Source: Trueperaceae bacterium (GTDB lineage Bacteria > Deinococcota > Deinococci > Deinococcales > Trueperaceae). From it: 64,000 nt of DNA. The notes under the pieces are model-generated. The model did no database searches and was not told the DNA's origin. It saw only the letters and a program-made list of their open reading frames with translations. This document shows, one piece after another, positions 10,307-20,565 of this stretch (position 1 is the stretch's first letter; every line of letters starts with the position of its first letter). The translations under genes were made by a program, and so were the position numbers. The stretch is taken from NCBI GenBank assembly GCA_965213925.1, contig OZ243927.1, forward strand, positions 704,001 through 768,000. The letters run 5' to 3'.

Positions 10307-10766
10307 GTTCGTCGTTGCCGCCGCAATCTTGCTCGACCCGAGGGGTCGGGTGCTTTTGGTCGGCAACGACTGGCAGGGCTACGGGCACGTCCGCTACACC
10401 TTGCCAGGGGGCGTGGTCGAGCGCGGCGAGTCCACGATTGACGCACTTTCCAGAGAGGTGATGGAAGAGACAGGACTGAGAGTGACGCACATCAAACACT
10501 TGGCGTACTCAGTTCATGTCGAGGACATGCGGCGCAACGACCGGGCGATTTCGTTCGCATTTGTCGCGGCGTATGACGGACTTTTGAACCCGCGCGACCC
10601 CGACGGCTTCATCGTCGAGGCGCGGTTCTTTCCGGTGGAAGAGGTCGAGACGCTGATTCCTATTCCGCCGCTACGTGAGCCACTTGCAAACTACCTGCGA
10701 GATGGTAAAACAGGGAGATTCTACACCTATGCAGGGTGGGACGGACGAGGGGGAAAACGAGTATGA
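10293..10766 (+). CDS. NUDIX hydrolase
   Basis: Nudix box GGVVERGESTIDALSREVMEETGL. Confidence 0.9.
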   Translation: MARREFVVAAAILLDPRGRVLLVGNDWQGYGHVRYTLPGGVVERGESTIDALSREVMEETGLRVTHIKHLAYSVHVEDMRRNDRAISFAFVAAYDGLLNPRDPDGFIVEARFFPVEEVETLIPIPPLREPLANYLRDGKTGRFYTYAGWDGRGGKRV

Positions 10767-11176
10767 GCGACTATTACAACAACGATAACACCAGCGGAAA
10801 CTACGGCTCCTACGACTACGGCAATGAGAAGTCCTTTCAGCGCGACCTCAACGAGATGCGCCGCCTAGCCGAACTCTTAGACGAGGCGATCAAAATTCCC
10901 GTTGTCAACTACCGTGTCGGCTTGGACGCACTTCTAGGGCTCGTGCCCGTGATCGGCGACTTTAGCGGCTTCGCGATTTCTAGCTACATCATCTTCAAGG
11001 CGCACAACATGGGCGTGCCGCGCGAGAAGGTCTCGCGAATGGTTTTTAACTCCTTAGTAGACGTGCTCGTCGGCAGCATCCCCTTAGTCGGCGATATTTT
11101 CGACCTCTTCTGGAAGTCGAACAAGCGCAACTTGCGCATCGTCGAGCGGCACTTCGCGTCGTACTCGGCGACCTAA
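10763..11176 (+). CDS. DUF4112 domain protein (copy 1)
   Basis: RVGLDALLGLVPVIGD...GSIPLVGDIFDLFWKSNKRN. Confidence 0.85.
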   Translation: MSDYYNNDNTSGNYGSYDYGNEKSFQRDLNEMRRLAELLDEAIKIPVVNYRVGLDALLGLVPVIGDFSGFAISSYIIFKAHNMGVPREKVSRMVFNSLVDVLVGSIPLVGDIFDLFWKSNKRNLRIVERHFASYSAT

Positions 11177-11270
11177 CTCGGGGACGCAACGTAGGAGCAG
11201 CGGCGGAGCTGCTCCTTTTTTACACGCTTTCTACACATGACGTTATCTCACAACGAAACCGTGATGACCT

Positions 11271-11810
11271 ATGCCTAGAAACATGCCTAAAAACACGCGC
11301 AAAAATACAACCGTAGATTCAGCTAAGAAGAGAGAGAAGCTCGAGACCTTAAAACAGCTCCGCAGCTTAACGCACACGCTGGATAACGCCTTTGAAATTC
11401 CGGGCACCGGCTACCGCGTGGGTTGGGACGCGATTGTCGGGCTCATTCCCGGTGTCGGCGACGCGATTATGCTCGTGCCGTCGGGTTATATCGTCTACCA
11501 AGCGTATCGCCTCGGCGCGCCGAGAAGCACGCTGGTACGGATGGTTTTTAACTTGGGTCTGGAAACGCTCGTAGGGAGCGTTCCCCTCATCGGCGACCTC
11601 TTCGACGCGACGTGGAAATCCAACATGAGGAACCTCTACCTCTTGGAACAGCACCTGGGACCGTCCGATGAGGTGATGTTCAAGAAGCCCTCGAGTAAAG
11701 GTCCGGTTCTCCTCTTGCTAGGCGCATTGGCGGTTTTAGGTGGCGGCATCGTACTCGTCGTTTGGCTTTTAGTGTGGCTTTTTCAGCGGATCAACTTTCC
11801 CTCAGCGTAA
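11271..11810 (+). CDS. DUF4112 domain protein (copy 2, C-terminal TM)
   Basis: RVGWDAIVGLIPGVGD...GSVPLIGDLFDATWKSNMRN. Confidence 0.85.
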   Translation: MPRNMPKNTRKNTTVDSAKKREKLETLKQLRSLTHTLDNAFEIPGTGYRVGWDAIVGLIPGVGDAIMLVPSGYIVYQAYRLGAPRSTLVRMVFNLGLETLVGSVPLIGDLFDATWKSNMRNLYLLEQHLGPSDEVMFKKPSSKGPVLLLLGALAVLGGGIVLVVWLLVWLFQRINFPSA

Positions 11811-11811
11811 A

Positions 11812-12459
11812 CTAGTCGCTCGCCACCCAACCCTGCGCCCATATTCCTCGGTTTTGCTGCCGCGCTAGGCGCGCCGCTTCGGTATAGAACTCGGCGTATT
11901 TGACGTTTGGCGGAACCGTCAAGGGGTCCGCCCAGCCCGCCTCGACTAGTTCTAGGTTGACCTGTTCGAAGTTCTCGTTCTCAAAGGTCCAGTCGCCGCC
12001 CGGCTCTAAGGTATACACATAGGCCAACAACCTCCCGTAGCGGTCCCTCTCTTCGGCGTCAAGCTCGAGGTAAACGTCTTGCCCTTCCATCAAATCCTTC
12101 GCATACGCCGTCGCCTCCTTGCCGAGCGAGCGCATCTCTTCACGGTTCAAGGGCGACGCTTCTACGTCGCGGTCGAGTTTAGAACTCGCAAAGGTCTCGG
12201 GCGTGTCGATGCCCGTAAGTCGCACCTTCTCCTCGCGCCCGCCAAGCATCACCGCGATGGTGTCACCGTCAGACACGCGCGTTACTTCCGCCGGACCCTG
12301 TAAGCCTGTGACACTCGGACCGCCACCTAAAAACTCGTCGAAGAGGTCGGCGATTTCACCCAGAAGGGGTACGTCGTCACCAAAAAGCCCCGCTAGGACG
12401 AAAACGACGACGGCGAGCAGGAGAACGGCGGGTGACTTTTTTGCCGTATCTCTATTCAT
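11812..12459 (-). CDS. Thermonuclease (SNase family)
   Basis: RVSDGDT, VRLTGIDTPE, DRYGRLLAYVY; N-terminal hydrophobic segment. Confidence 0.92.
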   Translation of the reverse strand: MNRDTAKKSPAVLLLAVVVFVLAGLFGDDVPLLGEIADLFDEFLGGGPSVTGLQGPAEVTRVSDGDTIAVMLGGREEKVRLTGIDTPETFASSKLDRDVEASPLNREEMRSLGKEATAYAKDLMEGQDVYLELDAEERDRYGRLLAYVYTLEPGGDWTFENENFEQVNLELVEAGWADPLTVPPNVKYAEFYTEAARLARQQNRGIWAQGWVASD

Positions 12460-12532
12460 GGTGAGAAGAGGATACCTCGAGCCCCGCCAGCTTACTTGGT
12501 TTAAGAGGTCACGACGAGTTCAACCCACCGCT

Positions 12533-13078
12533 TTATGCCCACCACTGAACAGGCTCGTCACCAAAAGACAAAGGTGCAACCTCCTGACCCTCTGAGTATG
12601 TCGCTAAAGAGGTGTAGCGCTCGTTCTGCGGGTTCCTGTAAACCTCTAACTGACTGTCTACAAGGTTGTGAATCCACACTTCTAAAATCCCTGCTCTTGC
12701 GTAAATTGGGAGTTTCTTGGCGCGGTCGTACTCTAAGGTGCTTTTGGAAACTTCGATGAGGAGCAAGACATCTTCCCCTATCGGTAAGCGAGACTGGTAT
12801 TGCTCTTTCGGCGGCTTGAGCAGCACAATGTCGGGTTCAGGTTCGCCATCAGGGGGTAGATGAAGAGGGCTTTGTGCCGCAAGTACTGCACGTCCACTGA
12901 ACCTAAGAACTAACTGCTCAATAAACTGCATGACTGAAAGGCTATGCTCTGGTCCAATGGGTGCCATGGGAAAGACCTCGCCATCAAGAAGTTCCACCCG
13001 TCTATCGTCCCAAACACCAGTACGCGCTGTTTGCTCATACTCTTCAATGCTAAAGCGGTAGGGTTTCGGTTGAATCAT
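12533..13078 (-). CDS. Uma2 family endonuclease (tandem copy 1)
   Basis: RVELLDGE, EPEPD, LLIEVSKSTLEYDR, KLPIYARAGI; TATAAT 6 nt before ATG 13078. Confidence 0.92.
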   Translation of the reverse strand: MIQPKPYRFSIEEYEQTARTGVWDDRRVELLDGEVFPMAPIGPEHSLSVMQFIEQLVLRFSGRAVLAAQSPLHLPPDGEPEPDIVLLKPPKEQYQSRLPIGEDVLLLIEVSKSTLEYDRAKKLPIYARAGILEVWIHNLVDSQLEVYRNPQNERYTSLATYSEGQEVAPLSFGDEPVQWWA

Positions 13079-13130
13079 AGTGAGATTATAGCAAAGGCAC
13101 ACTTAAATACACCTGCCCCAATATGCTTAC

Positions 13131-13676
13131 TTACGTCCACCACTGAACAAGCTCATCACTAAACGACGAGGGCGCAACCTCTTGACCCTCTTCGTACGTT
13201 GATAAAGAGGTGTAGCGCTCGTTCTGCGGGTTCTTGTAAACCTCTAACTGATTATCCACAAGGTTGTGAATCCACACTTCGGGAATTTCTGCTCTCGCGT
13301 AAATCGGGAGTTTTTTTGTGCGGTCATACTCGAGGGTGCTTTTGGAGACTTCAACGAGCAGGAGGACATCTTCTCCTGTCGGCAAACGAGACTGGTACTG
13401 CTCCCTAGGTAGCTCGAGCAGAACAACATCGGGTTCCGGTTCACCGTCCGGCGGCAGATGGAGCGAGCTTTGCGAGACAACCATCGCACGTTTGCCAAAC
13501 TGAAGAACGAATCGCTCGACAAAGCGTGCAACTGAAAAATTGTGTTCTGGACCCATCGGAGTCATCGTATAGATTTCGCCATCAAGAAGCTCGACCCTTT
13601 CGCCTTCACGCCACAGGCATTTCGCCAAGCCTTCGTATTCTTCGATGCTAAAGCGGTAGGGTTTAGGCTGAATCAT
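13131..13676 (-). CDS. Uma2 family endonuclease (tandem copy 2)
   Basis: Close paralog of the adjacent gene; TATAAT 6 nt before ATG 13676. Confidence 0.92.
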   Translation of the reverse strand: MIQPKPYRFSIEEYEGLAKCLWREGERVELLDGEIYTMTPMGPEHNFSVARFVERFVLQFGKRAMVVSQSSLHLPPDGEPEPDVVLLELPREQYQSRLPTGEDVLLLVEVSKSTLEYDRTKKLPIYARAEIPEVWIHNLVDNQLEVYKNPQNERYTSLSTYEEGQEVAPSSFSDELVQWWT

Positions 13677-13687
13677 TCTGTAATTAT

Positions 13688-13751
13688 AGCAATGAGCAAT
13701 GAGCAACGAGTCTAAATTTCACTCGTTGCTCATTGCTTTCAACTCATTGCT
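13688..13751. repeat. AGCAATG-type heptamer hairpin
   Basis: AGCAATGAGCAATGAGCAACGAGT...ACTCGTTGCTCATTGCTTTCAACTCATTGCT just after the icd stop. Confidence 0.85.
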
Positions 13752-13756
13752 AATTC

Positions 13757-15031
13757 CTACATATTCTCAATCAGCGCGTCCCCAAACTCGCTTGTCTTGA
13801 GCAGTTCTGCCCCTTCCATCTGCCGCTCGAAGTCATAGGTCACGCGCTTTTGCTCAATCGTCTTACCCATCGCTTCAATAATGAGCGCGGCGGCTTCGTC
13901 CCAACCGAGATGCCGAAACATCATCTCGCCTGAGAGGATGAGAGACGACGGGTTGACCTTGTCTTGGTCGGCGTACTTAGGCGCGGTGCCGTGCGTCGCT
14001 TCGAACACCGCGTGACCCGAGTCGTAGTTGATGTTCGCGCCCGGCGCGATGCCGATGCCGCCGACTTGCGCCGCGAGCGCGTCCGAGATGTAGTCGCCGT
14101 TCAAGTTCAAGGTCGCGATGCAGTTGTACTCGGCGGGGCGCAGGATGATCTGCTGGAGCATGGCGTCGGCGATCACATCTTTTACCGTGATTTCGGTGCC
14201 TGTATTCGGATTGTCGAAGGTGAGCCAGGGTCCGCCGTCGAGTTCGGTTGCGCCGAACTCCTCTTTCGCCACCGCGTAGCCCCAATCGCGGAAGGCACCC
14301 TCGGTGAACTTCATGATGTTGCCTTTATGGACGAGCGTGACCGTGGGCAGGTCGTTGTCGATGGCGTAGTTGATCGCGCCGCGCACCAAACGCGCCGTGC
14401 CCTCCTTCGAGACGGGTTTGAGGCCAATGCCCGAGGAGTCTGGAAAGCGAATCTTCCCGTACGACTCGGAGAAGTTCTCCTCTAAGAGGTTGAGAAACTT
14501 TTTCGCCTCATCCGAGCCCTCTTTGTACTCGATGCCCGCGTAAATATCTTCAGTGTTCTCGCGGAAAATCGTCATGTTGACCTCTTCGGGCTTTTTCATC
14601 GGGCTGGGCACGCCGTCGAAGTACTGTACGGGGCGCACGCAGGCGTAGAGGTCTAGGCGCTGGCGAATCGCCACGTTGATCGAGCGGATGCCGCCGCCGA
14701 CGGGCGTGGTGAGAGGTCCTTTGATGGCGACGAGATACTCTTTGAGGACATCCACCGTCTCTTCGGGCAGCCATAAGGTCTCGCCGTACACGTCGTTCGC
14801 TTTGTCGCCCGCATAGACCTCCATCCAGGCGATTTCGCGCTCGCCGCCATACGCTTTTTCTACCGCGGCGTCGAAGACGCGCTTCGAGGCTCGCCAGATG
14901 TCGGGACCGGTGCCGTCCCCTTCGATAAAGGCGACGATCGGTTTGTTGCTGACCTGCAGTTCGCCATTTTTGAGTGTAATCTTATCGCCCTCGGGAACGT
15001 CGACTTTTTGATAGCTCGTGCTGGTTGTCAT
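13757..15031 (-). CDS. icd: NADP-dependent isocitrate dehydrogenase
   Basis: [50 protein letters not shown]. Confidence 0.97.
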   Translation of the reverse strand: MTTSTSYQKVDVPEGDKITLKNGELQVSNKPIVAFIEGDGTGPDIWRASKRVFDAAVEKAYGGEREIAWMEVYAGDKANDVYGETLWLPEETVDVLKEYLVAIKGPLTTPVGGGIRSINVAIRQRLDLYACVRPVQYFDGVPSPMKKPEEVNMTIFRENTEDIYAGIEYKEGSDEAKKFLNLLEENFSESYGKIRFPDSSGIGLKPVSKEGTARLVRGAINYAIDNDLPTVTLVHKGNIMKFTEGAFRDWGYAVAKEEFGATELDGGPWLTFDNPNTGTEITVKDVIADAMLQQIILRPAEYNCIATLNLNGDYISDALAAQVGGIGIAPGANINYDSGHAVFEATHGTAPKYADQDKVNPSSLILSGEMMFRHLGWDEAAALIIEAMGKTIEQKRVTYDFERQMEGAELLKTSEFGDALIENM

Positions 15032-15119
15032 GATAGTTCTCCTTAATCTCTAGTATGAAAAATTTACGTGACGCAGCTTTGAGTCTAGCATGACTCTTCG
15101 GGACTGCTAAAGTGAGGCT

Positions 15120-16358
15120 GTGAACCAAAACTACAAAAGCCAAATTAGTGTAGATGAAGCGCTAGATAGTCTAAGAGCGAACGCTGAGCCGTTAGAGAGC
15201 GAAGAGGTTGACCTCTTGAACGCACTTGGAAGAACGCTCGCTGAGGACCTAACAAGCAAAGTGGACCACCCGAGCTGCGATAACTCTGCTCTGGACGGCT
15301 ACGCCTGCCGCGAAGAAGATACGCTAGACGCCGCTAAGCACAGTCCGGTCAAGCTCAGTCTTGTCGGAGATATTCCAGCAGGTAGCACCTTTTCGGGAGA
15401 GGTCGGCGCGGGCGAAGCGGTAGGCATCTATACGGGCGCACCCGTGCCGAGCGGAGCGAACGCGATTATCGGGGTGGAGTATACGGAGCAACGTTCGGGG
15501 CAAAGAGGTGAAGAGGTCTGGCTCAAGAAGCCAGCGAGTAAAGGAGATATCCGCCCGAGAGCGCAAGACTTGAAAAAAGGTCAGGTCTACTTGCAGAAAG
15601 GAACGCGCCTGACGCCTTCCTCAGTCGGCATCGCGGCTTCGATGGGCTATCCGACATTCAAGGTCACGAGAAAACCTAGAGTCGGCATCCTAGCGACAGG
15701 CGATGAGGTCATCGATCCTGGCGAGCCGATCCGGGACGGGCAGGTCTACAACTCGAACGCTTACTCGGTAGCGAGCCTTATAGAACAAGTGGGCAGCGTT
15801 CCTGTACTCCTACCGAAAGTCGAAGATAACCCTGAAAAACTCAAGGGCGCGTTGGAGGCTCTAGGCGGCGTAGACCTCTTGATTACCTCGGGCGGCGTCT
15901 CGATGGGCAAGTATGACTTCGTGCGCGACTTGCTCTTTGACGAGGGCACGGTGCACTTCTGGAAAGTTGCGATGAAACCGGGCGGGCCGGCGATGTTCGG
16001 CGAGTGGCGCGGCTTGCCGGTCTTTGGGCTGCCTGGAAATCCGGTCTCGAGCATGGTCGTCTTTTCCTTACTCACGAAGGTGTGGCTCGACACGGCGCTC
16101 GGCTCCACCGAACCGCCACTTTTTCACAAACGCATCACCGCCACTGCCGCCACACCCTTCAAGGGAACAAACCGCAAAGTCACCCTCAACCGCGCCGCGC
16201 TGAGTTTTGAACCCCAAAGAGGCTATCTCGCGCACAGCACGGGGAGCCAGAGTTCGGGCGTGCTGACCTCGATGTTGAATGCAGATGTGCTCGTCGTAGT
16301 GCCGCCTGATAGAAGGGTTGAGGAGGGGGATAGGCTCGAGGTCATCCCCCTACCTTGA
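15120..16358 (+). CDS. moeA: Molybdopterin molybdotransferase
   Basis: SALDGYA, IYTGAPVP, TGDEV, SGGVSMG, GLPGNPVS. Confidence 0.95.
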   Translation: MNQNYKSQISVDEALDSLRANAEPLESEEVDLLNALGRTLAEDLTSKVDHPSCDNSALDGYACREEDTLDAAKHSPVKLSLVGDIPAGSTFSGEVGAGEAVGIYTGAPVPSGANAIIGVEYTEQRSGQRGEEVWLKKPASKGDIRPRAQDLKKGQVYLQKGTRLTPSSVGIAASMGYPTFKVTRKPRVGILATGDEVIDPGEPIRDGQVYNSNAYSVASLIEQVGSVPVLLPKVEDNPEKLKGALEALGGVDLLITSGGVSMGKYDFVRDLLFDEGTVHFWKVAMKPGGPAMFGEWRGLPVFGLPGNPVSSMVVFSLLTKVWLDTALGSTEPPLFHKRITATAATPFKGTNRKVTLNRAALSFEPQRGYLAHSTGSQSSGVLTSMLNADVLVVVPPDRRVEEGDRLEVIPLP

Positions 16359-16988
16359 TTCTGGGTTCTCCCAGACGATGAGCGTCGCCCAGTTGTCAGA
16401 GGCCTCATCCTCCAAATACCCCTCCAAGAGCCCCTTGACCTCGAAGCCATTTTTAAGCTGAAACGTGAGCGTCGGGTCGGTAAGCTCACCTGCGACAACC
16501 TTTTCGACGTATTCAGGCACGCTCAGCTCGCCTTTATGCGCCGCGTAACCAGGCAGCACGCCGCCCGCAACGATGCCTTTAAGCCCTCTTTCTACGACCA
16601 GATTCTTCCGCGCTTCGTAGAGCATCTTGCCGATACCGTGACCCCTATAGTTCGGGTGAACGCTGATGTCGCCGCCGTAATACCAGTCGCCCTTCGGGTC
16701 GTGATGCGTGTAGTAGCCGCCCGCGATGATCTCCTGAAAGGTGTGATTAGGGGTGTCAAAGTCAAAGTCGATGAGAAAACCTGAGCCTAAACCGACCACG
16801 CACTCGCCCTCCGAGGTATCTAACGCGATAATATCGCCCTCGGGGAAAATGCGGCAGTGGCTCAAAAAATGCTCTTTTGTCATCAGTTCGTGGCGCGCTA
16901 GCGTGGGGAAGCACTCGAGCTGAAGTTGCTCTAACGCTTCGGCGTATTCGGGTTGAATCGTCGTGAGGCGAATTGTCGGTTGATTCAT
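16350..16988 (-). CDS. GNAT family N-acetyltransferase
   Basis: VHPNYRGHGIGKMLYEARK acetyl-CoA binding motif; DPTLTFQLKNGF. Confidence 0.88.
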   Translation of the reverse strand: MNQPTIRLTTIQPEYAEALEQLQLECFPTLARHELMTKEHFLSHCRIFPEGDIIALDTSEGECVVGLGSGFLIDFDFDTPNHTFQEIIAGGYYTHHDPKGDWYYGGDISVHPNYRGHGIGKMLYEARKNLVVERGLKGIVAGGVLPGYAAHKGELSVPEYVEKVVAGELTDPTLTFQLKNGFEVKGLLEGYLEDEASDNWATLIVWENPESR

Positions 16989-17073
16989 TCAGAATACCTA
17001 AGCTACCCAATACTTTTGCTTCCTACTTCTCGCTTCTTGCTCTTCCAATCGGCTGCTTACACATCCGCACTCA

Positions 17074-18213
17074 CTAACTCAGCAGCGTCGCATTCTCGTT
17101 CTGCCAGGAGACGCGCACCTTGTCGCCCTCTTTGAGCATCGAGCCGAAGCCGTGATGCAGGTTTTGCACGCGCACGGACAAGTCCACGTCGCTGCCGGAA
17201 ACGACGCGGTAGCGCGTGTCGGTACCGATGTAGAGGGCTTCGGCGATTTCAGCCTCGAGCATCGTCATGTTGTCTGCCGTGCTAGCCGTTCTTTCACCAG
17301 GCGCTGAACCGTTGAGAGACTCTAAAGCAATCTTCTCAGGGCGCACCGCTACGCTGACGCGCTCGCCCACCTCCGCGTCCAGCGCGTGACCTTTGAGCCG
17401 CCCCTCTAAGCGCCGCCCGTCGGACAGCTCGAGCACGCCCGAGTCGCCGTTTTTCTGTTGCAGTTTGCCCTCGATAAAGTTCGTCTCGCCGATGAAGTCC
17501 GCGACGAAGCGGTCGGCGGGGGCTTCGTAAATCTCGTCGGCACGCCCCACTTGCAGCACGCGCCCCCCCTTCATCACCGCGATGCGGTCCGCCATCGTCA
17601 TCGCCTCCTCTTGGTCGTGCGTGACGAACACGAAGGTAACGCCCACCTCGCGCTGCATAGTTTTAAGCTCCAACTGCATCTGTTGGCGGAGTTTGAGGTC
17701 GAGTGCGCCTAGTGGTTCATCCAAAAGGAGTACAGCAGGCTTGTTGACGAGCGCCCGCGCCAACGCGACGCGCTGCTGCTGCCCGCCAGAGAGTTGACTG
17801 GGTTTGCGGCTCGCGGTATGAGGGAGCTGGACCAACTCCAAAACCTCCATCGCCCGCTCTTTCGCGTCTTTTTTGGCGACTTTTGCCATGCGCAAGCCGA
17901 ACATCACGTTGTCTAAGACGCTCATGTGTGGGAAAAGTGCGTAGTCCTGAAATACGGTGTTAACGGGGCGGTGAAAAGGCGGAATCCCCTGCACCGCCTC
18001 GCCGCGAATCAAGACCTCGCCCGAGGTCGGTTGCTCAAAGCCTGCAATGGTGCGCAGCGTCGTCGTTTTACCGCAGCCCGAGGGTCCTAACAGGGCGAAA
18101 AACTCGCCGTCGGCAATTTGCAGCGAGACCTCATCGACCGCAGTGACTGACCCCTGCTGCGGGTCGCGGAAGGTTTTAGTGACCTCGATCAGTTCAACGG
18201 AGGGCGTAGACAT
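17074..18213 (-). CDS. PotA-like ABC transporter ATP-binding protein
   Basis: GPSGCGKT, LSGGQQQR, LLLDEPLGALDLKLR, TOBE-like tail; TATGCT 5 nt before ATG 18213. Confidence 0.9.
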   Translation of the reverse strand: MSTPSVELIEVTKTFRDPQQGSVTAVDEVSLQIADGEFFALLGPSGCGKTTTLRTIAGFEQPTSGEVLIRGEAVQGIPPFHRPVNTVFQDYALFPHMSVLDNVMFGLRMAKVAKKDAKERAMEVLELVQLPHTASRKPSQLSGGQQQRVALARALVNKPAVLLLDEPLGALDLKLRQQMQLELKTMQREVGVTFVFVTHDQEEAMTMADRIAVMKGGRVLQVGRADEIYEAPADRFVADFIGETNFIEGKLQQKNGDSGVLELSDGRRLEGRLKGHALDAEVGERVSVAVRPEKIALESLNGSAPGERTASTADNMTMLEAEIAEALYIGTDTRYRVVSGSDVDLSVRVQNLHHGFGSMLKEGDKVRVSWQNENATLLS

Positions 18214-18450
18214 AGCTGAGCATACCAATAGTAAGCGCGTGAGGAGTCGACGCACTAGGAGCCTGCGGCGAGCATTCCTTAGAATTCTTCGGCGCACCCG
18301 CGACGGCTCGCAACCAATTGTAGGTGGCTGCTACAGCTTAAAAAACTGCTGATGCACTTCGCTAATTTGATAGACGAACAGTAGGATTACGCTTCATTTT
18401 CAACCTGTCCGACTGACGGCGCAGGGACAATGCCCGCGTTATACTGCGTG

Positions 18451-19179
18451 ATGCGTATTCTTGTTTCCAACGACGACGGCATCTATAGCCCCGGCATCCG
18501 CGCCCTCGCTGAGGTCGCCGCTGACTTCGGTGAGGTGCGTATCGTCGCGCCCGCCGCCGAGCAGTCAGGGGTGGGTCACGCCATTACCATCTTGCGTCCG
18601 CTGCACTACCAAACCACGCCCATCGGTCCGTTCGAAGGCTACCGCATTGACGGCACGCCTGCAGACTGCGTGGCGCTAGGCGCGTATCAGTGGGACGCGG
18701 TGGATTTGGTGCTTTCGGGCATCAATCTCGGCACGAATTTGGGTAACGGCATCTGGCATTCGGGTACGGTAGCCGCCGCCAAGCAAGCGGCTTTTTTGAA
18801 CATCCCGTCGGTCGCGTTTAGCGCCCCTTTTGACGGCGCGACGCCTGACTACGATACGCTCAAACCTTACGTGGCGGAGGTCTTAGAGCTATTTCTCGCC
18901 GACGCCTCGCTCAGCCTCGTCAACGTCAACTTACCCGCCTCACCACGCGGCTTGCGCTGGACGCGCCAATCGGTGCGGCACTACGAGGGCGATGTGGTGC
19001 CCGGCGAAGACCCGATGGGGCGCAGTCACTTCTGGTTCGCCGCTAAGCCGCTTACGGGAGCCGAAGAGGGAACGGACCGCTGGGCGTTCGAGCAGGGCTT
19101 CGTGTCGCTTACACCTCTACGCTTAAACCTTACCGACGAAGAGCAGTTAGCCGCGCGAAAGGCGTCGCTCACCGCGTAG
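18451..19179 (+). CDS. surE: 5'/3'-nucleotidase SurE
   Basis: [29 protein letters not shown]. Confidence 0.95.
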   Translation: MRILVSNDDGIYSPGIRALAEVAADFGEVRIVAPAAEQSGVGHAITILRPLHYQTTPIGPFEGYRIDGTPADCVALGAYQWDAVDLVLSGINLGTNLGNGIWHSGTVAAAKQAAFLNIPSVAFSAPFDGATPDYDTLKPYVAEVLELFLADASLSLVNVNLPASPRGLRWTRQSVRHYEGDVVPGEDPMGRSHFWFAAKPLTGAEEGTDRWAFEQGFVSLTPLRLNLTDEEQLAARKASLTA

Positions 19180-19246
19180 ACGGCTACGTAGACCTCTGTG
19201 CGAAGAGGTCACAGGACCGTCGCCCGTTCGCGCTCATACAAGAGAA

Positions 19247-19267
19247 GACCCCGGTCATGCCGGGGTT
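19247..19267. terminator. Probable intrinsic terminator hairpin
   Basis: ACCCCGG-TCATG-CCGGGGT between convergent surE and the 81-aa ORF. Confidence 0.55.
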
Positions 19268-19444
19268 CTAAGCGGCGATGCCACCCAGCAAAGCCTTGCT
19301 AAGAGTGTAGCAAAGAGGAATAGTTCACACAGCGCGGCGGAAGCCTGTGTCATGACACAGGGTCAAGATGCTGTGTACGAACGCTCGAGAAATACTCCAT
19401 AATTTCCAACTGTACTGGATGATTCCAACAATCTGTCAATCTCG

Positions 19445-19690
19445 CTACTCCTGAAGTTCCGCCTCCTCCAATAGCTCTTCCGCTCTCTCCAGAAGCGCCT
19501 CCACCTCCTGCACCTTCTCGACCGCTTCGGTAGACGCGCCTTCTAACGCTTTCAGTTGCGAGGTGCGAAGCTGGACGTGCGCGATAAGGCTCTGCATCCT
19601 TTTGACTTCGTGGTCGAACTCCTCTTGCGTGGCTTTCCCGGTTTCTGTTTGCTCAGGCGTGTCTGACGCAGGTGACTTAGTCATCATCAA
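19445..19690 (-). CDS. Small acidic coiled-coil hypothetical protein
   Basis: 81-aa ORF, E/Q/A-rich helical composition. Confidence 0.55.
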   Translation of the reverse strand: MMMTKSPASDTPEQTETGKATQEEFDHEVKRMQSLIAHVQLRTSQLKALEGASTEAVEKVQEVEALLERAEELLEEAELQE

Positions 19691-19731
19691 AGGATAGGAG
19701 ACGAGCGAACGTCCTCTTTGTAGTGGAGACT

Positions 19732-19834
19732 AAAAAGACCCCCGCTCATTGAAGGGCCGGGGGAGAGAGGAGAGGCAGGGCGTAGATGAGGGTGCACGGT
19801 GCTATTTAGGTCGGTTCACGACGTTGCCCTGCCT
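19732..19834 (-). ncRNA. Candidate small RNA or attenuator leader
   Basis: TAAAGT -10 box 6 nt upstream of a 9-bp stem AGGCAGGGC/GCCCTGCCT, followed by a GC hairpin and T-run. Confidence 0.35.
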
Positions 19835-19875
19835 GAACGCACTTTAGAGCAACCCTTCTGACAGGATTCTTACAG

Positions 19876-20316
19876 TCAGCGAACGTTCACCGTACGCTCT
19901 ACCGTAATTACTCCTCCCTCAGGTTCGCTTCGCCCGCGAATAATAACAGTCGCCGTCCCTGTCCGCTCGAAACGCACTGACCCTACATGCTCATGAAACA
20001 ATATTATTGTGTTACAGGTAGTTCGTACACCTGTCTCCTCGTAATCGTAAGGTGTAATTGTAGCCTCCAAATTATTCGTATCTACGTTGGTTTCTCCTTT
20101 TTCTGTACATCCACCCCCATAGGTCGTCACGCTCACCTGGAACTCCTGACCTCGTTCTACCTCCTTAGGAACTTGCACCTGCACTGGCTCACCAGAAAGT
20201 TCAATGAGCCCAATGCTCCGGCTCCGGCCCTTAAACAAGCTACAAGCACTGAGCAAAATGAGAAGGATGCCTAATACGATTACTAACTTAGTAGAAACTA
20301 TAGCTTTAGACCTCAT
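19876..20316 (-). CDS. Putative lipoprotein (low-GC island)
   Basis: Lipobox LSAC; beta-rich domain with TYGGGC...C; AGGAG upstream. Confidence 0.75.
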   Translation of the reverse strand: MRSKAIVSTKLVIVLGILLILLSACSLFKGRSRSIGLIELSGEPVQVQVPKEVERGQEFQVSVTTYGGGCTEKGETNVDTNNLEATITPYDYEETGVRTTCNTIILFHEHVGSVRFERTGTATVIIRGRSEPEGGVITVERTVNVR

Positions 20317-20565
20317 CTTTTTTCTCCTTCACTTACGCGAATGACCTCAGAACTGAGTTTCATGATTTGAGTTCTAAAAGCCTTATCGAGGATATCGTCC
20401 TACTGATTCATTCGAGATAACAATAAGTAGTAATGAGCTTGTGCTCTACCCTCCTTTATACTCGCGGCAGACCACTGCACTGGGTACCTGCTTATCAGTA
20501 ACTCAATTCGATGCTCCACCAGGTTAGGTAGCCTATTCCTTGGCAGCCTGCAGAGGAAGCCATCG

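Noticed and set aside
19773..19834. Fluoride or c-di-GMP riboswitch
   Set aside because: Only scattered short motif matches; the defining conserved cores were not found.
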